Assembly (NCBI GenBank): GCA_038087875.1
Contig: CM075989.1
Coordinates: 9,610,001 to 9,674,000, forward strand
Direction: 5' to 3'
From: Malacoraja senta
Taxonomy: Eukaryota
Length of the DNA stretch: 64,000 bases
Shown: positions 63,111 through 64,000 of the stretch, one piece after another
Numbering within the stretch: the stretch's first letter is position 1
Layout: each line of letters begins with the position of its first letter
Translations under genes and position numbers: made by a program
Notes under the pieces: generated by a model
Seen by the model: the letters and a program-made list of their open reading frames with translations, nothing else
Database searches by the model: none
What the model was told of the DNA's origin: nothing

Positions 63111-64000
63111 TCGAAAATGTCGAATTAGGATTTCCAGATCAGCATGGTTACAGATTTTTAACTTTCATCTGGGTCTCAGGGAACTAAAGGGAAATGTAAA
63201 CAACCTTCCTCTACATCTCCCTTCAAAATCAATACATAATGAAACAGATAACTGCAATCAATCAACAGCTGGAGGCTTGGTGTTACATGTTTCGCACAGT
63301 GGCTTGGAAATCACCAGAGTACCAAAGTATTTTGCCAGTCATCGTTGACAAGTAAAAGCCATGAATCTCTACCAAACACAGAAAATCTTCCAATAAATTA
63401 GATTATACAGCCTGTAGCTGCAGCACAATGTTTAAACACTAAAATTATGTTTTATATTTTCCTGAAATATTTGAAAATTGGTGGAATACGTGAAAGCAGA
63501 AATAACTCCATGACCTTCAATTCAGCGTGGCTAGAAAAAAAACTTATTTCACCCCGTTACAAAAGCAAGAACCGCTTATAACAAAGTCGGTTTTCTGAAT
63601 ATCTCAGTCTGAACAAATTTTTCCGTCACAGGGGACCAGCATACTAGCATGACACGAGATGTCTGCTTATACACTGACAAAATGGAGAACATAAAATGCA
63701 CTGGGGAGAATAGACTTTGACAACTTTTAATATACCACTGACCTTCTATTTCTTCAAAATCTTTGACTGAGTAAAAAGGGCGACTGCAATTCAAATCAAC
63801 ACCAAAGCAAGCTCACAGGTCACCACCACAACTGTCTCAAGGGCCAAAAATGGAAATTAATTAAATTTTGTGCATCGCCTTGTAAATGCCCACCACTATT
63901 GTTGATTTCCACATTAATTTTTATTGCAGGCCTCCACAGTTCCCCAGACACGGCATGCGCTCTGCCCTTCCTATTGTCTGGCTAAACATTTCATATCAAA

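Noticed and set aside
60019-64000. Upstream MEK5 exon (VKPSN...CDFGVS)
   Set aside because: No matching codon string found; probably outside the window

Overview
Vertebrate nuclear DNA. The repeat content (HE1/V-SINE-type tRNA SINEs with CR1 tails, abundant CR1, Deu-domain SINE relics) points to a cartilaginous fish, probably a skate or ray; this is inference. The window is the interior of map2k5 (MEK5) on the minus strand. Six short coding exons (51, 72, 30, 27, 33 and 62 nt; 275 nt over about 57 kb) have canonical AG/GT boundaries and splice in frame to LVNSIAKTYVGTNAYMA-PERIAGEQYGIHSDVWSFGISFME-LALGRFPYPQ-IQKNQGSLM-PLQLLQCIVDE-DPPVLPVGEFSESFVHFITQ(C). The ORF track misses all of them. The introns alternate between TE-poor, homeobox-motif-rich blocks (candidate conserved enhancers; MAP2K5 neighbours SKOR1 in mammals) and TE clusters: CR1 LINEs, two decayed DD34E Tc1 transposons in inverted orientation, nested Rex1/Babar copies, Penelope-like (GIY-YIG) retroelements and SINEs. 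The most striking non-host signal is a family of about 100-200 bp Penelope-derived mini-insertions carrying a minimal hammerhead-ribozyme core (CUGAAGA-A-GGGU[CUCG]ACCC-GAAA-CGUH). Several are TSD-flanked palindromes, and the two intact cores lie on the transcribed strand of map2k5. TE boundaries were read by eye and are approximate unless a TSD or TIR is quoted.
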